From positions 7,184-71,183 of the forward strand of contig NW_021832235.1 of the NCBI RefSeq assembly GCF_006345805.1: a stretch of DNA of 64,000 bases, read 5' to 3'. Every line of letters begins with the position of its first letter. Position 1 is the first letter of the stretch. The DNA comes from Octopus sinensis (Eukaryota). This document shows, piece by piece, positions 23,621 through 39,400 of this stretch. The position numbers were made by a program, and so were the translations under genes. Below the pieces are notes generated by a model. It was not told the DNA's origin, ran no database searches, and saw only the letters and a program-made list of their open reading frames with translations.

Positions 23621-23995
23621 GGTGCAGGAGTAGCTTGCTAACCGCCACATGGTTCCAGGTTCAGTCCCACTGCGTGTCTTTCTCTATAGCCCTGGGCCGA
23701 CCAATGCCTTGTGGATGGATTTGGTAGATGGAAACTGAAAGAAGCCTGTCGTATATATATATATATATAAATGTATGTGTGTTTTGTGGTCTTGTGTTTG
23801 TCCCCTAGCATTGCTTGACAACCGATCTGGTGTGTGTTTACGTCCCCGTCACTTAGGCGGTTCGGCAAAAGAGACCGATATAATAAGTACTGGGCTTACA
23901 AAAAATAAGTCTCGGGGTCGATTGCTCGACTAAAGGCGGTGCTCCAGCATAGCGCAGTCAAATGACTGAAACAAGTAAAAGAGTAAAGAGTAAGA

Positions 23996-23997
<2 letters not shown>
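23621..23997 (+). mobile_element. SINE family A
   Basis: Head, CORE-like segment and tail aaacaagtaaaagagtaaagagta. Confidence 0.88.
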
Positions 23998-24033
<36 letters not shown>

Positions 24034-24669
24034 GTACATACATACACATACATAAATTTATATATGTATGTGTGTGTATTATATATAGAGAAAGAAACAG
24101 AAACAAAGAGGAGAGCGAGGTGGAGAGATAAGTGAGAGAGAGAGATGGACGAGCAAGTGTTATGAATCAAAAGCAGCACTCAATATTTAAAACAGAGTTC
24201 AATGATTTCTTTTGGCAAACACACGTGGACATGCTTACAAAATCAAATATCAACACACCACCCATGACTTTCGGAAACATTTTTTTACGCTCATAATTGT
24301 TGAAGCATGGAATAAACTACCTGTATCAGTCATCAGCTGTCGAAACACTACACCCTTCAAAATTTCCATGCTTCCTAAAATCTGCCATCAGGACCCCTGA
24401 AGTTGTAATGCACCTGAAAACTGTATACAACAATTTTTTTTCATATTTCATATATTATTCGGAGTTTCAGATAAACTCCGGCACAAATTGGCTCAAATCC
24501 ATACTCTTACTCATCTTGTCAACTCTTCTACGTATGAAGGAAGTGGACTAATTAACATCAACCTCATTCTCTAATTAAGGATCCTAAATGCAACGTTTGC
24601 TCTCTCCTGTTTCCTCACAGCGAACCTATTTATTCGTCTTTTGAACTTTAATTTGATGGAATGCTATGT

Positions 24670-25260
24670 TCTAGATCGCTAGTGCTTGGAAGGGATGTGT
24701 GTAGCGTATGATCATCGCATTGACCATGACAGACAAAGTCGAGCAGAGAATCTGCATCAAATTTTGCCAAAAGCTTGGCGATAACTGCTCAGGGGCCTAC
24801 ACAAAGTTTTCACTGTTTTCAACACAAACAAGGAGATCTTATACAACTGAAACCTGAGTGCCGTTTTGGTCAGCCGAAAGCAGTTTTGACACACTCTTGG
24901 CAGACACGCGTCTCATACTCAAATCTTCAGTGGTAATGGGCTGAACTGAACCGTAACTAATATGCATATCCTCTGATAACTCATGGATAGGGATTTGATG
25001 ATTTCCCCTGACAGCGGCACGGATATCTGCGATGTTTTTGTCAATTCTGTTGGTTGCAGGCCTCCCAGAACGTTCATCAATATCGACATTTTTTTGGCCA
25101 TCTTGAAAACGTCTGAACTATTCATACACTCCTCTCCATACACTTTCTGCAACTTTGCGTAGTCCTCTGAGCAGCTTTCTCTGTCATGGTCAATGCGATG
25201 ATCACGCGCTACACACCTTCCTTCCAAGCACTGCTGTTAACAGCGGAAGTGGGCTAGAAC
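24670..25260. mobile_element. Mariner-derived foldback: two 5' portions of one family joined in opposite orientation
   Basis: Plus: MTDKVEQRICIKFCQKLG. Minus: YAKLQKVYGEECM..DERSGRP..RRVSAKSVSKLL. Both carry tgcttggaagg..gatcatcgcattgaccatgacaga. Confidence 0.75.
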
Positions 25261-25979
25261 ATTAAAACTTACTGCACATGCACAGCAGAGTTCAAGATCA
25301 ATCTTTGCTACAAATCTTTGCTACAATCTTTGTACGTACATGCATACATACATACATACATACGCACATAACATACATACATACATACATACATAACATA
25401 CATACATACGTACATGCATACATACATACATGCATACATACATACATACATACGCACATAACATACATACATGCATACATACATACATAACATACATACA
25501 TAGTAATGCATACATACATACATGCATACATACATACATACATCATACGCACATAACATACATACATGCATACATACATACATAACATACAACATACATA
25601 CATACATACATCTGCATACTCTGCATGCTTTAGCTTCGTTACTATGGCAACAGTCCGGATACATATTGATCACACTTCGTATTTCCCAGGGGAAAGGTAA
25701 TTCTCTTCTGTCTTGTTAGTTTTGTACTGTCTTCAATGCTTTTGTAACTTTGCTTTTTTCTATAGGTGTTGTTCCTACTCAAACCCATTTTACCTCTGAG
25801 AAGAAGTTGTCCATATTAATCTGGTATTTATCCTTTGACCTGTTCAGCATGGTAATCTTTACTAAGAGCTTGCGCTCCAGTGGATTAGCTCTGAGGGTCA
25901 TCGAGGCACGCAAGCTACCACGGTGCAACAAGAACTGGACAGCGTGGCAATAAAACAGAAATTTAGCCATGTAATTGAT

Positions 25980-26660
25980 TCTTGTAGCGGTTGTGGTGAT
26001 ATAGTGGTCGAATTATAGTTGTAGCTGGTGGAAATTGTAGTGGTAGTGTTGTAGGTGTTGTAGTAGTGGTTTATGCTGCTGTTGGTGGAGGTGGTGATTG
26101 TAGCAGTGGTATTATAGTTGTTGTTTGTTGTTGGTGGTGACAGAGGTGGTGTTATAGCGGTTATAGTCCGTGGAAGTTGCGATGGTAGTGTTGTACTTGT
26201 TGATGACGGTGGTTGTGGCGATGGTGTTCAAGTTTTTGTTCTCTACTTTTGGTTACAGCGGTAGTGGTCGTGGTTGGAGTGATGGTGGTCATGGTGGGTA
26301 ACAGTGGTGGTGGTGGACTGTGATGATAGCAGTGGTGCTGTTGGTGGTGATGGTTCTGAGGGTGGTAGTGGTGGTGGTGGTGGTGTGGTGGTGTTGATGG
26401 TAATAGTTATGACGTTGGTGGCAATGGTTGTGAGAGGTGGGTGATGATGGCGGTGGTGCTCATGGTGGTGGTCGTCGTTGCGATGAAGATGGTGGCGGCG
26501 GTGGTGATGGTGGTAATGTTGGCGACGATAGTGATGATGACTGTGATGGTTGTGGTGGTGATGGTGTTACGTGTTATATTTGTTGTTGCTGTTGTGGCGG
26601 GTAGTGGTAGTGTCACAGTTCTTATTGTTGTTGTTGTTGTTGTTGTTGTTGCAATCAGTG
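25980..26660. repeat. GGT/GTT trinucleotide low-complexity tract
   Basis: Direct inspection. Confidence 0.9.
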
Positions 26661-26799
26661 GACCACCGTTGCTAGACCGCTCCTCTAGCACGGTGTACAA
26701 ACAGTCAACCATATTGCCTTAAGTACACCATACAAATACATTTGTGTGTTTAGCAAGAAAGTGTAATTTACTACAACAGAAGATGCAATTAGACTTGGT

Positions 26800-26888
26800 A
26801 GAGGTGGTGGTGGTGGCGGCGGCGGCGGCGGTGGCGGTGGTGGTGGCGGCGGCGGCGGCGGTGGCGGTGGTGGTGGTGGCGGTGGTGC
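26800..26888. repeat. (GGT/GGC)n tract
   Basis: Direct inspection. Confidence 0.95.
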
Positions 26889-27282
26889 GATAAAAGTTAT
26901 TTTGGTGCGGTGCAGCAGATAATTGAAGGTGGGTTTCAACAGGTGATTTCTCGGTTGGAAATCCTTTACGATAGGTGAATATATGTAAGCTTATTATACA
27001 CACACACACACATACACACACGCACGCACACACACACACACACACACTACACACACACATTTATATATATATATATATATATACTATATATATATATATA
27101 TACACACACACACAGGCAATATCAATTTTCCAGTGAAATTTTGCTTCTAAAATCTTTTCAGGTTACTGATGTTTCTGATTAAATAAAATACAGGTATGTT
27201 ACACTGGTGTGAATCAGTGTTCGGAAAGTCGATGTCGTACCAACAGAAATATATATATATATTATATATATAATTAATCAAT

Positions 27283-28527
27283 ATAGGTGCAAAAAAAATT
27301 GTAGAATTTTTTGCCACCAGCGGCCTAGTGGAAAAAAATTAAATAGTCATAGACCATTTTTAAGTTCAACATCACAATCAAGGAACGGCCATAATAGGCC
27401 ATTCACCCACTAGAAATAACAGCCAAAGCTTCAACCGCAAATAAAAATCAATTCCGTAAACAGGAGAAAATTAAAAAAAATTTCTAACATGTAATTTCTT
27501 ATACGATGCACGTTCATCTATGTTAATGGTAAACTAACCTGATTAAATTAAATCAGGCCATCTTCCATAGGCCTTAGATTCATCAGTAAGAAATAGCCAA
27601 GCGGAACAGATATTTTCACGAGGCATTTCCGTATGTTTTTTTGCCACCCTATATTGAAATTATGAATTTTCTGGTTAATTCCGTAATGGAATCGGCGGCT
27701 TATATTATTTTGCTGCCGATAAATTGGCCGCGAGTGCGATGATTTGAAAATTTTAGGTCAGTATTGCCGAGGCAGGGTCGGAAATGCCTGTGAAAATATC
27801 TGTTCCGACTGGATATTTCTTACTGATGAATCTAAGGGCCTATGGAAGATTGGCGTGATTTTAATTTAATCAGGTAGTTTACCATTAAACAGTTAGATGC
27901 AACGGTGCATCGTATACGAAAATTACAGGGTAAATGTTTTTTAATTTTCTCCTGGTTTAGAATTGATTTTTAGTGCGGTTGAGCTTTGGCTGTTATTTCT
28001 AGGGTGAATGGCCTATTATAGGCCGTTCCTTGATTGTGATGTTGAACTTAAAAATGGTCTATGACTATTTAATTTTCCCACTAGGCCGCTGGTGGCAAAA
28101 AAATTCTACAAAATATTTTTGCCACCCTATATTGATTAATATGAATTTTCTGGTTAATACGTAATGGAATCGGCGGCTTATATTTATTTGCTGCCGATAA
28201 ATTTGGCGCGAGTGCGATGATTTGAAAATTTTAGGTCAGATATTGCCGAGGCAGGTCGAAAGTGCCTCGTGAAAATATCTGTCCGACTTGGCTATTTCTA
28301 CTGATGAATCTAAGGGCCTATGGAAGATAGATGGGCTTGATTAATTTAATCAGGATTTACCATTAAAAGATAGAGATGAAACGGTGCATCGTATAAGAAA
28401 TTACAGGGTAAATGTTTTTTAATTTTCTCCTGGTTTACGGAATTGATTTTTATTGCGGTTGAAGCTTTGGCTGTTATTTCTAGTGGGTTGAATGGCGTAT
28501 ATGGCCGTTCCTTGATTGTGTGTTGAT
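27283..28527. repeat. Inverted plus tandem triplication of a ~478-bp unit ending ttttgccaccctata
   Basis: Partial minus copy 27283-27631, plus copy 27654-28131, partial plus copy 28132-28527. Confidence 0.85.
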
Positions 28528-28574
28528 ATATATAATACGTGTGTGTGTGTGTGTACGAAATGCATGTACAACGA

Positions 28575-28858
28575 AGGCTCGTGGCTCAGTGTTTAAGGTG
28601 TTCGGTTCACAATCTAAGGTCACCAGTTCGATTCCCGGCGGCGCACTGTCTCCTTGAGCAAGACACTTTAATCCACGTCGCTTCAGTCCACTCAACTGGC
28701 AAAAATGAATAGTACCTATTATTCAATAGGCCAGTCTTGTCAAATTACACGTGTCTGTGGAGTACTCAGCCACTTGCACGTTAATTTCACGAACAGGGTG
28801 TTCCGTTGATCTCTTCAACTGGAACCCTCGTCGTCTTAACCGACGGAGTGCCAGCATT
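28575..28858 (+). mobile_element. SINE family C (tRNA head, CORE-like ccttgagcaagacactt)
   Basis: gtggctcagtgtttaagg..agttcgattcccgg; related minus copy at 56400-56685. Confidence 0.75.
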
Positions 28859-28897
28859 GCATGCACTGCCGTATGTACGTTGTAACGTATGTATGTA

Positions 28898-29262
28898 TAC
28901 TCTTTTACTTGTTTCAGTCATTTCACTGCGGCCATGCTGGAGCAACGCCTAATCTCTTTTAACGGAACCGCTTAGTTACAGGGACGTAAACACACCAGCA
29001 TCGGTTGCCAAGAGATGTTGGGGAGGGGGGGAGACAAACACAGACACACAAACATATGCATACACATACATATATATATATATATATATACATATATACG
29101 ACAGGCTTCTTTCAGTTTCCATCTACCAAATCCACTCACAAGGCTTTGGTTGGCCCGAGGCTATAGTAGAAGACACCTGCCCAAGAAGCCACGCAGTGGG
29201 ACTGAACCCGGAGCCATGTGGTTGGTAAGCAAGCTACTTACCACACAGCCACTCCTACGCCT
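28898..29262 (-). mobile_element. SINE family A
   Basis: Near full-length reverse complement of the family. Confidence 0.88.
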
Positions 29263-29466
29263 ACGTATGTATGTTTTCCAATTTCGTTTTCTTTTCTTTT
29301 GTGTACTGTAGTTTAATGCCATAATCCTGCCTGGTAAGGCATTGTGGGACGTTGAATAAACTGTCGATTTTTTTATCAATATATTCGTCTTATCTCTGAT
29401 TACAGGTATATTAGCTTTGTTTCCTTAGATATATTTTGATAGTATTGTAATTTCTATTAAATTATG

Positions 29467-29905
29467 TACTCTTTACTCTTTTACTTGTTTCAGTCATTTG
29501 ACTGCGGCCATGCTGGAGCACCGCCTTTAGTCTGACAAATCGACCCCGGACTTATTCTTTGTAAGCCCAGTACTTATTTATCGGTCTCTTTTGCCGAACC
29601 GCTAAGTGACGGGGACCGTAAACACACCAGCATCGATTGTCAAGCCATGCTAGGGGGACAACACAGCAACACAAACTACCTACCCACATACACACACACC
29701 ACTATATATATATATATATATATCTATGTGTGTGTGTGTGTGTGTGTGTACGATGGGCTTCTTTCAGTTTCCGTCTACCAAATCCACTCACACGGCAGGT
29801 CGGCTCGGGGCTATCGCAGAAGACCCTTGCCCAAGGTGACCCGCAGTGGGCCGAACCCGGCCCCATTGGTTGGTTAGCAAGCTACTTACCACACAGCCAC
29901 TCCTG
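29467..29905 (-). mobile_element. SINE family A flanked by a ~107-bp direct repeat
   Basis: 29361-29467 matches 29903-30011. Confidence 0.88.
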
Positions 29906-30154
29906 TCGATTTTTTTTATCAATATATTCGTCTTATCTCTGATTACAGGTATATTGGTTTTGTTTTCTTAGATATATTTTGATAGTATCGTAATTTTTAT
30001 TAAATCCTGTAGTGTTTTTGTTTCGTTTTATTACTTGGTCTTTGTGTGGCTGTCAACGACAAAACCAAATTTATTGGATTCAGGAATATAACTTTTTAAC
30101 CAATCAAAATTTAAATGAAATAAACTAATGATAGAGATAAACACACAAACAGGA

Positions 30155-30420
30155 ACTCTGTATTTTCCCAACTTTGAAGGGAGATTTCCCTTTAGTACAC
30201 ACACACCTACTGCACATTAAAAATTGCAAACACAATAACTGCTTCTGGCCCGTAATATTTCGAGTAAATAAGCCAACATGGAGAATCGCAATTTATCAAC
30301 ATTATCAGACAAAACAAACGTGGGAGATAAATAGTTTGACGACATTATCAAACAATTCCCACGAGTGAGATGCAGTGTCTCCACCTTAGACACAAAAGTC
30401 TATTTACAAACTTTCCCTAA
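30155..30420 (+). pseudogene. Degenerate Penelope-like RT stub
   Basis: ttagacacaaaagtctatttacaaactttccc reads LDTKSLFTNFP with one extra A (motif LDVxSLFTNxP); upstream HTPT-like segment. Confidence 0.45.
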
Positions 30421-30457
30421 AAATATAGATACATGTATGTAATCATGACTAGGTACG

Positions 30458-33400
30458 AACATACATACATACATACATACAGACATACATACATACAGAC
30501 ATACATACAGACATACATAACAGAGACACAGACACAGAACATACATACATAACATACATACAGACAGACATAGATAGATACCATACATACAGACGACAGA
30601 AAGACATACATAACATACATAACATACAAACATACAGACAGACAGAACATAGAGACATACAGACAGACAGACCTACATACAGACAGCATGCATACAACAG
30701 ACACAGACAGACATACATACAGACAGACATACAGGCATGCATAGAACCATACATACATACATACATTACAGACAGACATACAGACAGAACAGACAGACAG
30801 ACATAAGACATACATACAGACATACAGACATAACATACGGACAGACATACAACAGACATACAGACACACAGAACAGACAAACATACAGAGAGACAACAGA
30901 ACATACATACATAACATACGTACATACAGAACGACATACAGAACAGACAGACATACAGACATACATACTAGAACATACATACATAACATACGACAGAACA
31001 TACAGACAGAAACATACATACAGAAACATACAGACCAGACAAACATACAGACATAACATACAGACAGAACATACAGGACAGAACAGACATACAGAACGAA
31101 GACATACATAACAGACATACAGAACATACAGACATGAACATACATACATAACATACATACATAACAGACATACAGACAGAACAGACATAAATAACAGACA
31201 GACATAACAGACATGACATAACATAACAACAAACATACATACATAAGACAGACGAAACATACATACATAACATACAGACATACAGATACAGACAGACAGA
31301 ACATACAAACAGAACATACAGAACAGACATACATAACATACAGACAACAGAACATACAGACATAACATACATACATAACAGACAGACAGAACATACATCA
31401 TAACATACATATATAACATACATACAGAACATACATAATAACATACATACATACATAACAGAACATACATAAAACATACAGACAGAACAGACAGAAGACA
31501 TAACATACATACATAACATACATACAGAACAGACATACATAACATACAGACATAACAAGACATACATAACATACATACATCAGCATACATACATACAGAA
31601 CATACGACAGAAAGACGACAGAACAGACAGACAACATACAAGAACATAACATACATACATAACATACAGACAGACATAACATACATACAGAACAGACATA
31701 CAGAACATAACATACATACATACATACAACATAGACATACATACAGACAGACAGACACACATACAGAACAGACATACATAACATACAAGCAGAACATACA
31801 TACATAAGAACATACAGACAGAACATACAGACATAACAGACAGGCATACATAAGAACAGACAGACATAACATACATGCATAACAGACAGACAGAAGTCAA
31901 CATCAGGAAAACAGACATACATAACAGATCAGATCAGACAGAACGAAATACAGAACAGACATACAGAACAGACAGACAGAACATACAGACGAACAGACAG
32001 AAGAAACATACAACCGAACAGAAAGAAGAACAGACATACAGACAGACGACATAACATACAGAACAGACATGAACAGACAGACATAACAGACAGACAGGAT
32101 CAGACAGACAGAACAGACAGACAGAAAAAGACAGACGAACAGACAGACATAACAAGACAGACAGAACAGACAGACAGAAATAGACAGACAGAACAGACGA
32201 CAGAAACAGACAGACAGAACAGACAGACAGAACAGACAGACAGACAGAACAGACAGACAGAAGGACAGACAGAACAGACTACAGACAGGAACAGACAACA
32301 GAAGCAGACAGCGAGAACAGAACTATAGAACAGACAGACAGAACAGGACAGACAGAACATACAGACAGAGACATAAAGACATAACAGACAACACAAACAG
32401 ACAGGACAGAAACATACAGACAGAAAACCAGACAGAACAGACAGACAAAACAGGACAGACATAACATACATACATAACATGACAGAAATAACAGACAGAA
32501 GACAGAACAGACAGACAGAACAGACAGACAGAACAGACAGACATGAACAGACAGACGAACATACAGACAGACAGAACCACAGACATAACAGACAGACAGG
32601 GAAGCAGACATACAGAACATACAGACAGAACAGACAGACCATAACAGTACAGACAGAACAACATACAGACAGAACATACATACATACAGAACAGACGAGA
32701 CATAGACATACAGACAGAACAGACAGACAGAACAGACAGACATAGAACAGACAGACAGAGACAGAGACAGAACAACAGACAGAACAGGACATACATACAG
32801 AACATACAAGACATAAAGACATACAAAAGACAAACATACAGACAGACATACAGAACAGACAGACAGAACATACATACAGAAAAGACATACAAGAACAGAC
32901 AGACAGAACAGACAGACAGAACAGACATACATATACAGACAGACTAACAGCACAGCATGACAGAACAGACAGGACAGAGGACGCAGACATAACAGACATA
33001 CAGAAAGGAACAGACATACACAGACAGACAGGACCATACAGAACTAACATACATACCGAACATACAGAACAGACAGACAGACAGAACAGAAGATACAGAC
33101 AGAACAGACATACAGAACATACAGACAGACAGAACAGACAGACAGAACATACAGACAGAACAGACCAGACAGACAGACAGAAGACATATCATAATCATAC
33201 ATACATAAAAAGACAGACAGACAGAACAGACAGAAGATCAGAACAGTACATACAAACAGACAGACCATAACATACAGACTAGAAGAACATACAGACATAA
33301 CAGACATACAGGAATAGAACAGAACAGACATAACAGACAGACAGACAGAACAGACAGACAGAACAGACAGACAGAACAGACATACAGAACATACATAAGA

Positions 33401-36400
33401 ACATACAGACAGGAACAGACAGACAGAACATACAGACATAACATACATACAGAACAGACATACATAACAGATAAGACGAACATACAGGACATAACATACA
33501 GACAGAATCAGACATACATAAAAGACAGACAAAACAGAACAGACAGAACATACAGACATAACACAGCAGAACATACAGCACAGAACATACATACAGACAT
33601 AACATACAGACATAACATAATAGACAGACCCATACAGACAAAGACAGAACAGACAGACATAACATACAAAAAACATACATAAATACATAACAGACATACA
33701 GACACTACAACAGATACCATACATACAAACATACATACAGAACAGACAGACATAACATACATACAGAACATACAGACGGAACATACAGGACAGAACATAC
33801 ATACAGAACATACGACATAACATACAGACGAACTACATACATAACAGACAGACATAACGGAATACATAACAGACATACAGAAAATACATACAGACAGACA
33901 GAACAGACATAACAGACATACATAACAGACAGACAAACACCAGACAGAACAGACAGGGACAGAACAGACAGACAGAAGCAGACATACATAACATACATAC
34001 AGACAGAACATACAATACAGACAACATACATACATAACAGACAGACAGAACATACAGACAAAAGACAGACAGAACAGACAGCCAGACAGAACCGAAATAC
34101 AGAACAGACGACATACAGACATACAGAAGACATACATACATACCAGACAGACAGAACAATACATACATAACATACATACAGACAGAACATACATACAGAA
34201 CAGACATACAGAACATACATACATAACAGACAGATACCAGACATAATAACAGACGGAATAACAACATAACATAAACATACATACAGACATTAAATAAACA
34301 TACATACATAACATACATACATAACAGACATAAAACAACAAAAAACATAGTAAGACATACATAACATACATAAATAAAACATACATACATAACATAATAC
34401 ATAACATACACACATAACATACATACATTAACATACATACATAACATACATACATAACATACATACATACATAACCTACATACAGAACATACAAAATACA
34501 GAAACATACATACTAACATACAATACATACATAACATACATACGATAACATAATTACATAACATACATACCTACAAACATACATACATACAAATAACATA
34601 CATACATAACATAATACATACATAACATACATACAAAGCATACATACATACATAACTACTAACATACATAACATACATACATAACATACATACATAACAT
34701 ACATACAGACATAACATACATACATACATAACATACCTACATAACATACATCATACATAACATACATACATACATAACATACATACATAACATACATACA
34801 TAAACATACAACATAACCTACATACATACATAACATACATACATAACATACATACATAACATAATACATAACATACATACATACATACATACATAACATA
34901 CATACAAACATACATACATAACATACATACATAACATACATACATAACATACATACAGAACATACATACATAACATACAACATAACATACATACATAACA
35001 TACATCTAACAACATACATAAAACATACATACATACATAACATACATACATACATACATACATAACATACCTACATAACATACATACATAACATACATAC
35101 ATAACATACTACATACATAACATACATACATAACATACATACATAACAACATACATAACAAATACATACCTAACCACATACATAACATACATACAGTAAA
35201 CATACATACTTAACTACATTAATAACATACATACATAACATACATACATAACAACATACATAACATACATACATAACATACATACATAACATACATACAT
35301 AACAGATATAACATAACATACATACATACATAACATACATACATAATCATAATACATAACATACAGACATAACATACATACATAACATACATACATAACA
35401 TACATACATAACATACATACAGAACATACATACATAATAAAATACATACATACATAACATAATAACATACATACATACATACTACAACATACAATACATA
35501 ACATACCTACATACATACATACCATACATACATAACATACATCATACATAACATCACATACATAACATACATACATAACAACATACATACATAACATACA
35601 TACATAACATACCATCATACCATACATACATACATAACATACATACATAACATACATACATAAACATACTACATAACATACATACTAAACTACATACTAC
35701 AACCTACATACATACAACATACTAACATACATACATAACATACATACATAACATACATACATAACATACGACATAACATACATACATAACATACATACAT
35801 ACATAACATAACATACATAACATACATACATACATACATACATAACATACATACATACATAACATACATACATAACATACATACATAACATACATACATA
35901 ACATACATACATACATACATACATACATACATACATAACATACATACATAACATACCTAATACAAACATACATCATAACATACATACTAATAACATACAT
36001 ACATACAACATAATACATACATAACATACATACCTAACATACATACATAACATACAACATACATACCATTACCAGTACATACATAACATACATACATACA
36101 TAATACATACATAACATACATAATAACATACACATCCATAACCTACATACATACATAATAACATAAAATAACATACATACATAACATACATTACATACAT
36201 AACATAAATACATACATAACATACATACATAACATACATACATAACATACATACATAATAACATACATAACAAACATACATACATAACATAACATACATA
36301 CATAACATACATACATACATAACATACATACATAACATACATACATAAAACATACATACATACATACAAACATACAATACATACATAACAAAACATACAT

Positions 36401-39400
36401 ACATAACATACATCATACATAACATACATACATAAACATACATAACATAAACATACATACATAACATACATACATAACATACATACATAACATACATACA
36501 TAACATACATACATAACATACATAACATAACATACATACATAAATACTACATAACATACATACATACATAACATACATACATAACATACATACATAACAT
36601 ACATACATACATGCACACATACTATAACCTACATACATACATAACATACACATACATACATACATAACTACATACATAACATACATACATAACATACATA
36701 CATAACATACCATACATAACATACATAACATAACGATAACATACATACATAACATACATACATAACATACATACATAACATACATACAATAACATACATA
36801 CATAACATACATACATAACATACATACATAACATACATACATAAAATACATACATAACATACATACATATAATATACAGACATAAATCATACATAACATA
36901 CATACATAACATAACATACATACAAACATACTACATAACATAAGACATAAAATACATACATAACATACATACATAACATACATACATACATAACATACAT
37001 ACACAGAACATACATAACATACATACATAACATACATACCATAACTACCATACATAACATACATACATAAATAACAGACATACATAACATACATACATAA
37101 CATACATACATAACATACATACATACATAAACATAACACATACATAACATACATACATAACATACCTAACATAACATACCTAAAAGAACATACATACATA
37201 CATAAATAAATACATAACATACATACATAACATACATACATAACATACATACATAACATACATAACATAATCATACATACATAACATACATACATACATA
37301 ACATACTACAATAACATAATACATACATACCTAACATAACATAAATAACATACATACATACATAACATACATACCCATTAACATAACATACATACATAAC
37401 ATACCTACATAACATACAACCTACATACATAACATACATACATACATAACATACAACATAACAGACATACATAACCCATACATACATAACATACATACAT
37501 AACATACATAAATACATCAAACATACAGACATAACTACATACATACATACATACATTACATACATACATAACATACAAAATACATAACATACATAAATAC
37601 ATACATAACATACATACATAACATACATACATAACATACATACATAACATACATACATAACATACATACATACATACACATTACATACACATACATACAT
37701 ACATACTACATAACATAATACATAACATACATACATACATAACATACATAACATACTACATACATAACATACATACATAAAACATAATAACATACATACA
37801 AACATACATACATACATAACATACCATACAACATACTACATACATAACATACATACCTAACATACATACATAAACATACATACATAACATACATACATAC
37901 ATACATACATAACGTACATAACAATAACATATCATACATAACATACATACATAACATACATACATAACATACATACATAACATACATACATAACATACAT
38001 ACATAACATACATACATAACATACATACATAACATACATACATACATAACATACATACATAACATACATACATAACATACATACATAACATACATACATA
38101 CATACCTAATAACATACATACATAACATACATACAACATAACATACATACCATACTAACATACATAAACAACATACACATAACATACATACATACATAAT
38201 ATAATACATAACATACATACATAACATACATACATAACATACATACATAAATAAATACATAACATACAGACATACATACATACATACATAACATACATAC
38301 ATAACATACATACATACATACATCATACATAACATACATACATAACATACATACATAACATATACATACATAAATACATACATAACATACATACATAACA
38401 TACATACATACAAACATACATACATAACATACATACATACATACATACATAACCATACATACATACATAACATACATACAAAACATACATACATAACATA
38501 CATACATAACATACATACATACATAACATACATACATACATACAACATACATACATAACATACATAAAATACATAACATACATACATACAAATACATACA
38601 TACATAACATACATACATAACATACCAGACATAACATACATACATAATAACATATAACATACATCATACATACATAACATACATACATAACATACATACA
38701 TACATAACATACATACATAACATACATACATAACATACATACATAACATACATACATACATAACATACATACATAACATACATACATAACATACATACAT
38801 AACATACATACATAACATACATACATACATAACATACATAACATACATACATACATAACATACATACATACATACATACATAAATAACATACATACATAA
38901 CATACATACATAACATACATACACATAACATACATAAACATACATACATACATAACATACATACAAAACATACATACATAACATACATACATAACATACA
39001 TACATACATAAATACATACATAACATACAACATACATAACATACATACATAACATACATACATAACATACATAATAACATACATACATAACATACATACA
39101 TAACATACATACATACATAACATACATACATAACATAATACATAACATACATAAATAACATACATACATAACATACATACATAAAATACATACATACATA
39201 ACATACATAACATACATACATAAAGACATACATAACATTACATACATACATAACATACATACATAACATACATACATAACATACATACATAACATACATA
39301 CATAACATACATACATAACATACATACATAACATACATACATACATAACATACATACATAACATACATACATAACATACATACATACATAACATACATAC

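Noticed and set aside
26407-26939. Poly-Thr, poly-Val and poly-Pro ORFs (also 8594-8896, 59337-59758)
   Set aside because: Trinucleotide-repeat translations with no splice or homology support
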